The notes below the pieces were generated by a model that saw only the letters and a program-made list of their open reading frames with translations, did not search any database and had not been told where the DNA came from. A stretch of 64,000 nucleotides of DNA from an uncultured Eubacteriales bacterium. Its GTDB lineage: Bacteria > Bacillota > Clostridia > Oscillospirales > Acutalibacteraceae. Location of the stretch: positions 9,026 through 73,025 of the forward strand of contig CAREUR010000001.1 in the NCBI GenBank assembly GCA_948968885.1, given 5' to 3'. A program made the position numbers and the translations under genes. Positions 42,985 to 52,767 of this stretch are shown here, piece after piece. Positions within the stretch are counted from its first letter, which is position 1, and every line of letters starts with the position of its first letter.

Positions 42985-44940
42985 TTATAAATTTTCTTCG
43001 GACACTCGAATCGGCGCGAACGGTCGACCCTGTCCTTCAAAAAATCGGCTAAATAATTCATAAAAGTTGAGTCTTAGCACCTGGATGCCGACCAAAAGGC
43101 CCTCCAACGCGATGACAAACACGTTTCCAAACACGGCCATGAGCGTGTATCCCACAACGCCGCCCGGCATTATCTGCGCGATGGTGAAGACGACCATCAT
43201 CATCCCGGCATGCACCAAAACATACGCGCCAACTCGCAAAAACGACATCGTGTTCGTGATGTAGCTCAGCATGATCTCAAACAGCTCGAATCCGTTCTGC
43301 ACCATGTATTCGCCCCATTTTTTTGGCTTCCAGTCCGGCGCCCTGCTCAGCAATTTCCCCAAGGGCTCTTTAAAAAATATTAGCACAACCGGCAGTACCA
43401 TCAGCCCCAAAACGTACGGCAACGACACCACATTTACTCCCAGCGCCATTGTGCCACCGGCCGCCACCAGCGAACCATAAAAAATCAGCCCCGCTACGCC
43501 ATTCTGGCCAAACAGTGCATTTTCGTAATTTCTTCGTCGCAGCGAAGAGTATATGTTCAAAATCATGGACAAAATTATTATTCCGGCGCCCAAAATCACT
43601 GCCAAAACGATAATCGTCATGACCGTTTTTGGCTCCAGCACGTCAACTGGCTTTTCGTCCAGGTTAAACAACGCCTTGTACATCGGGTCCAGCACGTGTT
43701 CTAACCCAAACACCGCTCCATATATCAGCCCAAACACCGATGCCGCAAATCCGCACCGGATCAAGATCCGTCCAAGCATCATCTTCTTAAGCCGCCACAT
43801 AACGGCGCCCGCAACCGAAAGGACGATCCCCTGCCCAAAGTCGCCAAACATGATGCCAAACAGCAGCGTATACAGCACCGACACAATCACCGTCGGGTCA
43901 ATTTCGTTGTAGCTTGGCAGCCCATACATCTCAACAAACGACTCAAACGGCCGCGAAAATCGATTATTCTTTAGCTTTACCGGCGGCGAGTGCTTTTCTT
44001 CGTTGTCGGCCCGCTCAATCGAGAACTCTATACCATAAACGTCGCTCAGCTGATGCGCAAAGTTATCCTCTTCCTCCTGCGGGATCCAGCCCACTAGAAT
44101 GAAGCTTTCGTTGTACTTCGACACATAATTCTTGATCGTAAAATAAGTATTCATCTCTTCAAGCTTGGTATAAAACCTCAAACACTGGTCCTTTTGCGTC
44201 TTCCAAAAACTCTCTATCTTCCTATTGATACTCTCAAGCTCTGCGTTTGTGTCTGCAATCAGCCCTTTTATGATCTCTAGCTCTGTTTCGGGCGTTCCGT
44301 TAATCTGATTAAGCCAAAGTCGCTCAAAATAGAGCCCCGCAAACTTTCTGTCCACCTCTGCAATATTCTCCAAAGGTGCAAAATACACTCCCCAGCACGC
44401 CTTTTCGTCCACCGTGCAAGGAAAAAACAGCATATACGGGTCTTCTCCGCTTGCGTTCAGCTTCTCAAAGCTCTCTTTTGGCAACTTGCCAAACCTAACC
44501 TTTATATATTTACAGGCAAAAATCTCTGCCAAATTCAAGTCTAACCCAATAAAATGGCCTATATTTTCTTGCGCCTTCTGATGTTTCGTTATCCGATTTA
44601 AAATATCCTGCTTTTTTTCGAGTAATAATCCCATTTTATAATTTATATAATTAACGTAATCGTTAATTTCTTTCAAGCTCACTTCAAAGTCGGCAATATC
44701 CACCAGCTGCAGCTTCATTCCTGCTCTTTTTACCATATCCTTTAGCTTTCTAAGTGGCTCGCTGTAGGGGTTGCCCTCCGAAAGCGGGACAAAATTGTTA
44801 TTCTTAGAATAAAAAGAAAGTGCGTCGTCCGGATGAAAAATCCCAGACTTGCCACATACCTTAATAACTTCATCAAGCGCCGGCAAAACACCTATAATGC
44901 TCGCTACCTTTACCGATGAAACCGCCACGTTACACCACAT
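42985..44940 (-). CDS. ntpI: V-type ATPase subunit I (a-type stator)
   Basis: 651 aa with a cytoplasmic N-half and a multi-TM C-half. It has the stator Arg context MSFLRVGAYVLVH. An alternative GTG start lies at 44928. Confidence 0.92.
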   Translation of the reverse strand: MWCNVAVSSVKVASIIGVLPALDEVIKVCGKSGIFHPDDALSFYSKNNNFVPLSEGNPYSEPLRKLKDMVKRAGMKLQLVDIADFEVSLKEINDYVNYINYKMGLLLEKKQDILNRITKHQKAQENIGHFIGLDLNLAEIFACKYIKVRFGKLPKESFEKLNASGEDPYMLFFPCTVDEKACWGVYFAPLENIAEVDRKFAGLYFERLWLNQINGTPETELEIIKGLIADTNAELESINRKIESFWKTQKDQCLRFYTKLEEMNTYFTIKNYVSKYNESFILVGWIPQEEEDNFAHQLSDVYGIEFSIERADNEEKHSPPVKLKNNRFSRPFESFVEMYGLPSYNEIDPTVIVSVLYTLLFGIMFGDFGQGIVLSVAGAVMWRLKKMMLGRILIRCGFAASVFGLIYGAVFGLEHVLDPMYKALFNLDEKPVDVLEPKTVMTIIVLAVILGAGIIILSMILNIYSSLRRRNYENALFGQNGVAGLIFYGSLVAAGGTMALGVNVVSLPYVLGLMVLPVVLIFFKEPLGKLLSRAPDWKPKKWGEYMVQNGFELFEIMLSYITNTMSFLRVGAYVLVHAGMMMVVFTIAQIMPGGVVGYTLMAVFGNVFVIALEGLLVGIQVLRLNFYELFSRFFEGQGRPFAPIRVSEENL

Positions 44941-45982
44941 CCTCTCTCTTTTGAGCCTTTAAAATCAACAAATTTTCTAACTCGCTCTTATTGACATCAT
45001 ATCTAACTCCCTCGATTATCGTCGTCAGATTCTGAATTTCTATCTGTAAAAGAAAGATGTAAGAGAACATTATTACAGCCGGATGCACAGAAAATCGGAT
45101 ATTGCTTCTGCATTTATTGTAAAGCACCCGATCTGGCAATTCATCCACATAGTTATACTTATAATTTTTTATTTTTTTCCCTCGGTTAGTGTTCTCCATT
45201 ATAGAAAAGACCTGCTCTTCGTTCTCGGCCTTGCACATCTGCGAAATGTACCGATCTTTTATCGTCCCGTAATTTAAAACCGCCGACTTAACCTTGCTTC
45301 CGTTGCGCTTCAGCCGAACTATCCGCACAAAATTGCTATAGTCAATATAAGCGCTCAAGGTTTCCGAAAGCTCCGCCCGCACCTTTGTGGGCGTATTCTT
45401 TTTTATAGCGTCAAAAAATTTGCCATAAAGATAGTCATAAAGCGTTTTTTCTATCGCAGATAAATCCAAGTCCTGGCCGTCCTCCGGCCGGTACTTAGCC
45501 AACATCGGTTCGTACACCGAGCCCTTTAAAACTCCCAAAAATTCGTCATAATTTTTAACCGAAACCAAGCCCATCAAGTTAATTTTCGTACGTTTGTTAA
45601 AAAACATCGGCAAAGAGTAAATATATCCGTACGCGTTGCCGCCCGCCAAGTACATCAAGCTATGGATAATCTGCTCAATCTCCGTGCGCGCAATGGTATA
45701 CTCCGTCAAGCCGCTGCCGGTAGAAATCTCATATCTGCACAGCGATTCTAAGTCATGAAACAATTTTTTACGAATCAAGTTCTCAAGCTGATTCCGGTTT
45801 ATTCCCAGTTCGTTAACATTCGCAAGCTCGTCGTGATAATGCGTATGATTCTTTAAATATACCGCCACGTCGCTCACCGTTCTGCACGCAATAAGATTAT
45901 TATAGTCCCGCGAGCTAATCCGGCCGCCATACATAGCCCGAACCTTCGCCGAAATAACATTTGAAGCATACTTAGAAAGCAT
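44930..45982 (-). CDS. ntpC: V-type ATPase subunit C (d-type)
   Basis: About 350-aa all-helical protein. The N-terminus SKYASNVISAKVRAMYGGRISSRDYNNL is typical of the d/C subunit. ATG 45982 is preferred over 46036, which overlaps the upstream gene. Confidence 0.85.
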   Translation of the reverse strand: MLSKYASNVISAKVRAMYGGRISSRDYNNLIACRTVSDVAVYLKNHTHYHDELANVNELGINRNQLENLIRKKLFHDLESLCRYEISTGSGLTEYTIARTEIEQIIHSLMYLAGGNAYGYIYSLPMFFNKRTKINLMGLVSVKNYDEFLGVLKGSVYEPMLAKYRPEDGQDLDLSAIEKTLYDYLYGKFFDAIKKNTPTKVRAELSETLSAYIDYSNFVRIVRLKRNGSKVKSAVLNYGTIKDRYISQMCKAENEEQVFSIMENTNRGKKIKNYKYNYVDELPDRVLYNKCRSNIRFSVHPAVIMFSYIFLLQIEIQNLTTIIEGVRYDVNKSELENLLILKAQKREDVV

Positions 45983-45987
45983 AAAAA

Positions 45988-46299
45988 TCAGTCTCCCAAA
46001 ACATTTTTGACTATGATTCTTACCCATATCTCGCAATTTTGTTCATAAGTTTCGCCCATTTTTTTACATATTTTTTTGCAACTCAGCATTATCTTCGTCT
46101 TCTGTTCCTCTGCCAATCTTCGTTCGGTTGTTTCGTTTATTGCTAATCTTTTTCTGGCCCTTTCCAGATACTCGGTTCGGATCTCATTTTTCTTCGCTTT
46201 AATCTCGATTTCAAGATTAATTTTATCTTTCTGCGCTCGCTGTGTTAAGTCCCTTGCGGTTTTATCCATCTCGATTATCTTTGCGATCATATCCTTCAT
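45988..46299 (-). CDS. small helical Lys/Glu-rich protein, candidate peripheral-stalk (G/H-type) subunit
   Basis: 103 aa. ATG 46299 follows TTAGGAGGTG. It is the first gene of the operon (MKDMIAKIIEMDKTARDLTQRAQKDKINLEIEIKAKKNEIRTEYLERARKRL). The assignment rests on position and composition only. Confidence 0.5.
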   Translation of the reverse strand: MKDMIAKIIEMDKTARDLTQRAQKDKINLEIEIKAKKNEIRTEYLERARKRLAINETTERRLAEEQKTKIMLSCKKICKKMGETYEQNCEIWVRIIVKNVLGD

Positions 46300-46438
46300 G
46301 ACCTGGCCGCACCTCCTAAGCTTAGCTAAACTAAGAAACACGAAAGAACATCCACCAATATTATATTCCCAAAAAGCAGAAGTTTCAACAAACCTAAAAA
46401 TTAAAAACAAAAAACCTCAACCAACCACATCTAGATTG

Positions 46439-46467
46439 ATTATGAACCTATTTTTATTATTTGTCAA
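46439..46467 (-). promoter_or_regulatory. sigma-A-like promoter of the V-ATPase operon (TTGACA-17-CATAAT)
   Basis: On the minus strand, TTGACA is at 46467-46462 and CATAAT at 46444-46439. Confidence 0.45.
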
Positions 46468-46599
46468 GATCGTATTGGTGCAAATGAATAAAATTTTTGA
46501 AATTTTTTTAACTTTGCCCAATTTTTCGAGCAATTTCTGAAGATGTTGCCAAACGCGCCAAAATGCAATAAAATTAAATCAAAATTTGAGTTTGGATGG

Positions 46600-47127
46600 A
46601 TGGATTTGGACAAAAAAAAAGCGCTCATTTTATATGGCTCCCCGCACAAAAGCGGCCACACAAAAAAGGCTTTGGACGAAATTGTTGCCACGCTGCAAAA
46701 CGAGTTTGAATTTACATTTATTGATGCTTTTAAGGCAAAAGTCGCACCGTGCGTGGATTGTGGCTCTTGCAAGACGCGAGAATCCTGTGTATCTGCGGAC
46801 TTTGCCGACATTGATACCGCCATCCGCATAAGCAAGCTTATAATCATCGCAACGCCCATCTACAACCTGAGCTTTCCTGCCCCGCTAAAAGCCATCTTCG
46901 ACCGGACTCAGCTTTACTACAACATGAAAGTGCACCTCAAAAAAAATCCGTTTAAACAGCAAAAGTCCGCGATTTTAGTAGCCACATGCGGTGCTCGAGA
47001 CCCCGCCTGCGAAGAAATCATCCTGAAACAGCTGCAACTTTTTTTAACACTCATCAATACAAAGCTCATAAAATCTGTCTTTATAAGCAACACAGATTCG
47101 GCCCTTCCCGCCACAGGCAACGCCTAA
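46600..47127 (+). CDS. flavodoxin-fold NAD(P)H-dependent FMN reductase / iron-sulfur flavoprotein-like
   Basis: ALILYGSPHKSGHTKKA (FMN-binding loop) and the Cys cluster CVDCGSCKTRESC. The ATG 46600 start is chosen by alignment logic, and its RBS is weak. Confidence 0.8.
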   Translation: MDLDKKKALILYGSPHKSGHTKKALDEIVATLQNEFEFTFIDAFKAKVAPCVDCGSCKTRESCVSADFADIDTAIRISKLIIIATPIYNLSFPAPLKAIFDRTQLYYNMKVHLKKNPFKQQKSAILVATCGARDPACEEIILKQLQLFLTLINTKLIKSVFISNTDSALPATGNA

Positions 47128-47143
47128 GGCTGTTTCAACGCTC

Positions 47144-47836
47144 TCACTTTATCTTTGCGCTTATTGCATTCTCGCCCGTTTGCAGCAAATTATACAGCGA
47201 CGCCGCATACAATGGGTACTCCTTTGAGATGATGTCCGGCGAAAGTGGCAACTTTGCTAGGCTCGCGGTGTCTTCCTTACTCTTGCCCGAGCTTTTTATC
47301 GTTCGTTTTATGCTCAGCTCCAAAAGGCTCAAAGACGCGTTACACAGAGCCTCGTACGATGTGTTCGGAATCTTAAACAGGCCCTGCGGATTCTTGGCAT
47401 TGGCCGAGTACAAATTCCTAAAAACATTGTAAACACAGATCATCAAATAGCCCGAAACCTCGCCAGTTAAGCTTTTGTTCTTGCTTTTGCCAAGCAGATC
47501 GAATATAATGCTTATGGAATTTACTATCAGTTTTTTATTCAAAGTTGGCAGCACACTGCCGCTAAACTTATTATCTTTATTCTCCGATGAGTCCGGAATG
47601 TCCTCCAGATTCAGCGTCTTGCCGCTTTTATTTGGCGTTTTGCCCAGCAGATAGTCGCACGACACATTATAATAATCCGAAAGTTTTATCACAAAATCCA
47701 GTCCGCACTCCCGAACTCCCTTTTCGTAATGCGACAGCAAGGCTTGCGAGATGTTAAGGTCGGTGGCCACTTGCTTTTGGCTCAATCCTTTTTCCTTCCT
47801 CAAAAGCGTGATGATTCTAGAGAAGTCCTTATTCAT
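47144..47836 (-). CDS. XRE-family HTH transcriptional regulator with unknown C-terminal domain
   Basis: The HTH is LRKEKGLSQKQVATDLNISQALLSHYEKGVRE. ATG 47836 follows AGGAGG. Confidence 0.85.
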   Translation of the reverse strand: MNKDFSRIITLLRKEKGLSQKQVATDLNISQALLSHYEKGVRECGLDFVIKLSDYYNVSCDYLLGKTPNKSGKTLNLEDIPDSSENKDNKFSGSVLPTLNKKLIVNSISIIFDLLGKSKNKSLTGEVSGYLMICVYNVFRNLYSANAKNPQGLFKIPNTSYEALCNASLSLLELSIKRTIKSSGKSKEDTASLAKLPLSPDIISKEYPLYAASLYNLLQTGENAISAKIK

Positions 47837-47948
47837 GCCTTCAAGCCCTCCTGCAGCAAAACTTTTTACGACTGGTAAATTATATCCCATAAAAAACATT
47901 TTGTAAAGACCATTTTCATAATTTTTTCGCTCAAAAAGGAGAATTTAT

Positions 47949-48662
47949 ATGAAGAGTTATCAGATGCATTTGATTCGGCACGGGCTAACCGACGCAAACT
48001 TTAACGGCCAATACATCGGCGCTACCGACGTGGATTTGTCTGCGGAGGGCGTTGCGAGGCTGACCAAGCTAAAAAGCGAGGCTACTTACCCCTCTGTTGA
48101 CAAGATTTTTTGCAGTCCTCTTCTGCGTTGTCGCCACACTGCGGAAATTTTGTACCCGGCGCACACCGATTTTACCATCGAAAATGACCTTGCCGAGTGC
48201 AACTTTGGCGACTGGGAGGGCAAAACCGCCGATGAGCTCAAAAACAACAAGGACTTTTTGCTTTGGTTGAAAAACTCCGAAAAAGCTTGCCCCAACGGCG
48301 GTGAAAGCTTAAAATCTTTCAATTTGCGCGTTACATCGGCTTTTGAAAGGATTGTTGATACCGTCGTTAAAGGTGACATCAAAGATACGGCCATTGTGAC
48401 GCACGGCGGCGTGATTATGACTATCCTTGCGGCTTTTGGCGTGCCTCGCGTCAAGTTTTTTGACTGGGTCGTCAACAACGGATGCGGCTATTCGGTGCGG
48501 ATTATGCCCAGTCTGTGGGTGCGACAGAAGGTTGTTGAGGTTTACGCTAAGGTTCCGTACAATCTGGCCCGCGAGAATGATGAAGAATCGGCGTATATCG
48601 TTGACTTGGTTCGCGGCGCATCCGAGTCTGACGGGATTCACGAAAGCAGCAATGAAACATAA
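47949..48662 (+). CDS. histidine phosphatase family protein (phosphoglycerate-mutase-like)
   Basis: RHG motif (HLIRHGLTDAN) and second catalytic His (IVTHGGVI). Confidence 0.88.
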   Translation: MKSYQMHLIRHGLTDANFNGQYIGATDVDLSAEGVARLTKLKSEATYPSVDKIFCSPLLRCRHTAEILYPAHTDFTIENDLAECNFGDWEGKTADELKNNKDFLLWLKNSEKACPNGGESLKSFNLRVTSAFERIVDTVVKGDIKDTAIVTHGGVIMTILAAFGVPRVKFFDWVVNNGCGYSVRIMPSLWVRQKVVEVYAKVPYNLARENDEESAYIVDLVRGASESDGIHESSNET

Positions 48663-48675
48663 CCTAATAACAGCG

Positions 48676-48709
48676 GCGGTGCGCGGTATAGTGCACCGCT
48701 TTAATTTTG
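48676..48709 (+). terminator. intrinsic terminator after the histidine phosphatase gene
   Basis: gcggtgc (48676-48682) pairs with gcaccgc (48693-48699), then tttaattttg. Confidence 0.5.
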
Positions 48710-48722
48710 TCAAAAAGCCCGG

Positions 48723-50339
48723 CTATTTCGTTTTCGTCGCAAAGAAGAAGTCGACACCTTGGCCGTAGTTGTGGAATATCAGCCCTTTGACCTTATTCGA
48801 CCAGGCAAAAAATCTGCTCTGCGTGTACATCGGGTAAAAAACGGCGTTGTCGATGAGGTATTTTTCTGCCGCCACAATCGGCTTGTAAGCATCTTTAGCA
48901 TTAGCTGATGCCGCACTATTAATGAGTTTATCGTACTCTGGGCTATTTAGATTGGCTATATTCTTGCTGTTTCCGGACTTAAATGCATTCAAAAAGTCAA
49001 TCGCAAACGGACTTTCAACCGAAATCGGTACCAAAGCCACCTGATAGCTCACCGAAGCGACCCTGGACTTCAAAACTCCATCCGGAACGGGCTCCATGTT
49101 AAAATAAAATCCCAGATTGCCGTTTAGATTCTCTATCGCATTACTTACAATTGCCTTTATGTTGGGGTTTTCGGGGCATAAAATCGTAACCTTTGGCAAG
49201 GTCTTCAGCTTTAACTGTTGCAAACCGGCATCAAAATGGCTCTTGGCCTTGGGGTCTGCGGTCAAGCATGGGCATTTACCCGCAACACTTCGAAATTCTT
49301 GCCCGTTAACAATGAGGCCATCTGGTACCAGGCTCTCGGTAACTTCGCAATTTTTCGGAATTGTCGACAAGATATGGTCGCGGTTTAGAGCCTTCAAAAA
49401 GCCCAGCCGGACGTTTAAATTCGCAAACAGAGCGTCCTGCGTGTTGAACGCAAGGCCCCACAAAGTGTCCTTAAAGGCAACCGTCCTCAAATTCTTGCGC
49501 TTGGCCTCTGCTACCTGCTCCTCCGACAGCAACAGTGCGGCATCTATTGCAGAGGTGGTAATCAAACTTACTGCATCAGTGAGGTCTTTACCGATAGTAA
49601 AGTCCACCCCCGCCGGCACAGAGACGTTCGCGCCGAGATAATTTTCGTTTTTGACCAGACTCAGGCTGTTATAGTGGCTCCAGCCGTACCGCGGCTTGAC
49701 CTTAAAGGCGCCATTACTGATAATTGTGGCTGCCTCCAGACCGTACTGCCCGTTGGTGCCTTCAAAAAAGGCCTTATTGCATGGCATAGTTGGCGCTGTG
49801 GCGAGCAGCGAAAGGAAGTTTTCCATGGGGTATTCAAGCTCGATAGCCACCGTATGCTCATCTGGGGCCGATACCCCCAGAGAATCCGCTGGGGCGCCGT
49901 CTATATTGACCTTGCGCGCATTTTTTATGCAGTAAAGCGTGTATGCCTTTGGCGAATTCGTGTATTTATCGAGCGCGCGCTGAAGTCCAAACACGAAATC
50001 CTGCGCTGTTACGGGCGTTTTGGCTTTGTCCGACCAAGCCGCATCCTCACGCAAGTGGAACGTATACGTCATGCCATCGGCCGAGACATCCCACGACATC
50101 GCGACTCCCGGCGTTAAGTCGCCCGATTCATCGAGTCTGACCAGGCCTTCGAAGATATTCATAATGACGATGTTGGCGGCGTAATCGTTGCAAACCTGCG
50201 GGTCCAGCGTGCGCGGCTCGCTCTCCAGGTTGTATTTTATCACCTGATTTTCGGGCGAATTTTTATTCTTTTTGCAGCCCGAAAAGCTCGTCATAATCAG
50301 CGTTGCGCAGAAAAAAATCAAAAAAATCCTTTTTGCCAT
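48723..50339 (-). CDS. ABC-transporter substrate-binding lipoprotein, family 5 (OppA/DppA-like peptide binding)
   Basis: ATG 50339 follows AAAGGTGA. The lipobox is MTSFSGC. There are about 540 aa of typical SBP_bac_5 sequence (NIFEGLVRLDESGDLTPGVA). Confidence 0.9.
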   Translation of the reverse strand: MAKRIFLIFFCATLIMTSFSGCKKNKNSPENQVIKYNLESEPRTLDPQVCNDYAANIVIMNIFEGLVRLDESGDLTPGVAMSWDVSADGMTYTFHLREDAAWSDKAKTPVTAQDFVFGLQRALDKYTNSPKAYTLYCIKNARKVNIDGAPADSLGVSAPDEHTVAIELEYPMENFLSLLATAPTMPCNKAFFEGTNGQYGLEAATIISNGAFKVKPRYGWSHYNSLSLVKNENYLGANVSVPAGVDFTIGKDLTDAVSLITTSAIDAALLLSEEQVAEAKRKNLRTVAFKDTLWGLAFNTQDALFANLNVRLGFLKALNRDHILSTIPKNCEVTESLVPDGLIVNGQEFRSVAGKCPCLTADPKAKSHFDAGLQQLKLKTLPKVTILCPENPNIKAIVSNAIENLNGNLGFYFNMEPVPDGVLKSRVASVSYQVALVPISVESPFAIDFLNAFKSGNSKNIANLNSPEYDKLINSAASANAKDAYKPIVAAEKYLIDNAVFYPMYTQSRFFAWSNKVKGLIFHNYGQGVDFFFATKTK

Positions 50340-50550
50340 GCGATAATCACCTTTACAATTTATGTAAAACCAGCTGCAGTTAGCCCCGTTTTTTGTTGTA
50401 TAATGTTTTAGTTTATCACATATTTCGATTTTATTGCACAAAACGTCAAAAAATTTTACAAAAAATTCTGAATTCGGCATTATGATGCATACCGAGCAAA
50501 TTTTTTACGATAATCTACTCAGTATGCATAAACTCGTTGACCTTCGCTCG

Positions 50551-50739
50551 TCACCTAAAAATATAATGAACGTTGTCCAGTAGGTCCTCCACGGCATTCG
50601 TACACTTCATGGCCTTACGTTTCATCTTCTTCGGGTTTTGCATATAGCTGAACAAAAGCCATCCTGTAGCCATTCCCCAAAAAACTCCGCACAAAAAGCT
50701 CTTCATTGCGCAATTCTTCTTACTTTCGTTCATGTTCAT
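50551..50739 (-). CDS. small membrane protein (62 aa), unknown
   Basis: RBS GGAGGT lies 9 nt upstream. It has one TM (FLCGVFWGMATGWLLFSYM) and a basic C-terminal part. Confidence 0.5.
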   Translation of the reverse strand: MNMNESKKNCAMKSFLCGVFWGMATGWLLFSYMQNPKKMKRKAMKCTNAVEDLLDNVHYIFR

Positions 50740-50895
50740 CGCCGTTGTACCTCCATTCTCATTTATTTTAATAGTATTTTGCCCACCACGATCCCTTTTA
50801 GCAAAATTTTTGCTGTAAATTTAAATTCCTGTTTTTGCAAAATGCCGCTTGTTAATTTCGAAAAAAAATGCTATACTAAGGGTTGGTGAGCTGTT

Positions 50896-51390
50896 TTGAA
50901 TGAGTTGAACATTGTGCTAATTGAACCACAAATTCCTCAAAATACCGGCAACATCGCTCGCACTTGCGCTGCAACCTCTGCTCGTCTGCATTTGGTGGGG
51001 CCTTTGGGCTTTGAGATTGACGACAAAAAGCTAAAGCGCGCCGGTCTTGACTATTGGAGCCTTTTGGATGTACATATTTACGCGGAAATTCGCGAATTTT
51101 TTAGCCAAAACAATGGCTCGTTTTTTTATTTTTCTACCAAGGCAAAGCGCGTGCACACTGAGGTTTCGTACCCTCGTGAGTGCTACTTGGTGTTTGGTCG
51201 GGAGGATGCGGGGCTGGATGAAGCTCTTTTGCACGACAATATGGACCGTACTGTGCGGATTCCTATGCAAGAAGAGGCTCGGAGCTTGAATTTATCGAAC
51301 TCCGTTGCTATTGGTGTATACGAAGTTCTGCGCCAGTGGGGCTATCCTGGCCTTTTGCGCCAGGGAAAACTGAGGAATTATGACGACTAA
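50896..51390 (+). CDS. trmL: tRNA (cytidine/uridine-2'-O)-methyltransferase TrmL (SpoU/TrmH family)
   Basis: LNIVLIEPQIPQNTGNIARTCAA and the C-terminal knot motif RSLNLSNSVAIGVYE. Confidence 0.9.
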   Translation: MNELNIVLIEPQIPQNTGNIARTCAATSARLHLVGPLGFEIDDKKLKRAGLDYWSLLDVHIYAEIREFFSQNNGSFFYFSTKAKRVHTEVSYPRECYLVFGREDAGLDEALLHDNMDRTVRIPMQEEARSLNLSNSVAIGVYEVLRQWGYPGLLRQGKLRNYDD

Positions 51391-51525
51391 ACCTCTATAA
51401 CATGCATAAATATAGATTATAATATTTTCTGATATGGAAAAATAAAATAAGTTATCGCCCATTATTGCTACAACAACCGACCTAAAAGTTACCGTTACAA
51501 CACGAGACTTGAAAGGATGAGACTT

Positions 51526-52725
51526 ATGGATTATTCTGGCAAAAAGTCTGTTGAGGACATCGACGTTTGCGGCAAGCGAGTCCTTTTGAGATGCGATTTT
51601 AACGTGCCTTTTGACGCTGACGGGAAGATCGCCGATACCACGCGGATTGACGCTTCGCTTAGGACTATTCGCTATCTGATTAAAAATCGTGCTACTGTTA
51701 TCATTATTTCTCACCGAGGCCGCCCTAAAGGCGTTTGTCGACCTGAGTTTTCTTTGGATCCCGTTGCTGCGTATCTTTCTCGCGCTTTGGATCTGGACGT
51801 TAAGTTTGTGCGGGAGGATATTCGCAATGGTGCGCCGGAAGGTTTGAATCAGCTGAAGAATGGCGACGTTGCGCTGCTTGAGAATATTCGCTTTTATAAA
51901 GAGGAAGAGCAAAATGACCGTGAATTCGCAAAAGCACTGGCATCTTTGGCTCAAATTTACGTTAACGACGCTTTTGGGACGTCCCACCGAGCGCATGCTT
52001 CTATTGTGGGTGTGGCTGCGATTTTGCCGTCGGTTTGCGGCTTTTTGATGAAGAAAGAGCTTGACATTTTGTGCCGCGCTCTAACCGCGCCAGAACGGCC
52101 TTTTGTCGGGATATTTGGCGGGGCTAAGATTTCGGACAAGATCGACGTTATAAATAATCTGCTTGAAAAGCTCGACGTGCTGGTAATCGCGGGCGGCTTG
52201 GCTTACATATTTTTGAACGCTTTGGGCTATTCTATTGGTCAATCTGTTTTTGAGGCGGATAAAATCGACGTTGCGACGGACATTATGGCCAAGGCGAAAG
52301 ACTTGGGTGTTAGAATCGTTCTGCCTGTTGACAATGTGGTTGGACGAGAATTCACTGCTGACACGGATTTTGAGGTCGTTGGTTCGGACAGCATCCCGGA
52401 CGGCTGGTCTGGGCTGGACATTGGCCCCAAAACGGAGCAAGTTTTTCGCGATGTAATCGCGGGCGCGAGGACTATCTTTTGGAACGGGCCAGTTGGCGTG
52501 TTTGAATGGGCGCACTTTCGGCATGGGACTTTTAGTGTAGCTGCAGCAATCGCTGCAAACCGCGGTGCGATGTCTATTGTTGGCGGTGGTGACACTGCCG
52601 CGGCTGTTCAGATGGGGAATTTCACAAATAGTATGACGTATGTATCCACCGGCGGCGGAGCTTCTTTGGCGCTTTCTGAAGGAAAGGATTTGCCCGGCGT
52701 TGCGGCCTTGGCGGACAACGGATAG
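51526..52725 (+). CDS. pgk: phosphoglycerate kinase
   Basis: RCDFNVP, FGTSHRAHAS and GGGDTAAA. ATG 51526 lies 8 nt after AAAGGA; the track ATG 51517 abuts the RBS. Confidence 0.97.
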   Translation: MDYSGKKSVEDIDVCGKRVLLRCDFNVPFDADGKIADTTRIDASLRTIRYLIKNRATVIIISHRGRPKGVCRPEFSLDPVAAYLSRALDLDVKFVREDIRNGAPEGLNQLKNGDVALLENIRFYKEEEQNDREFAKALASLAQIYVNDAFGTSHRAHASIVGVAAILPSVCGFLMKKELDILCRALTAPERPFVGIFGGAKISDKIDVINNLLEKLDVLVIAGGLAYIFLNALGYSIGQSVFEADKIDVATDIMAKAKDLGVRIVLPVDNVVGREFTADTDFEVVGSDSIPDGWSGLDIGPKTEQVFRDVIAGARTIFWNGPVGVFEWAHFRHGTFSVAAAIAANRGAMSIVGGGDTAAAVQMGNFTNSMTYVSTGGGASLALSEGKDLPGVAALADNG

Positions 52726-52767
52726 GTTCTGGTTATGAAATTTTTGGGTTTTAGAGGAGAAATTTGA

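Noticed and set aside
50462-50480. gaattcagaattttt (minus strand) upstream of the oppA-like gene as a CodY box (AATTTTCWGAAAATT).
   Set aside because: There are several mismatches to the 15-nt consensus in very AT-rich DNA. It is plausible but cannot be distinguished from chance by eye.
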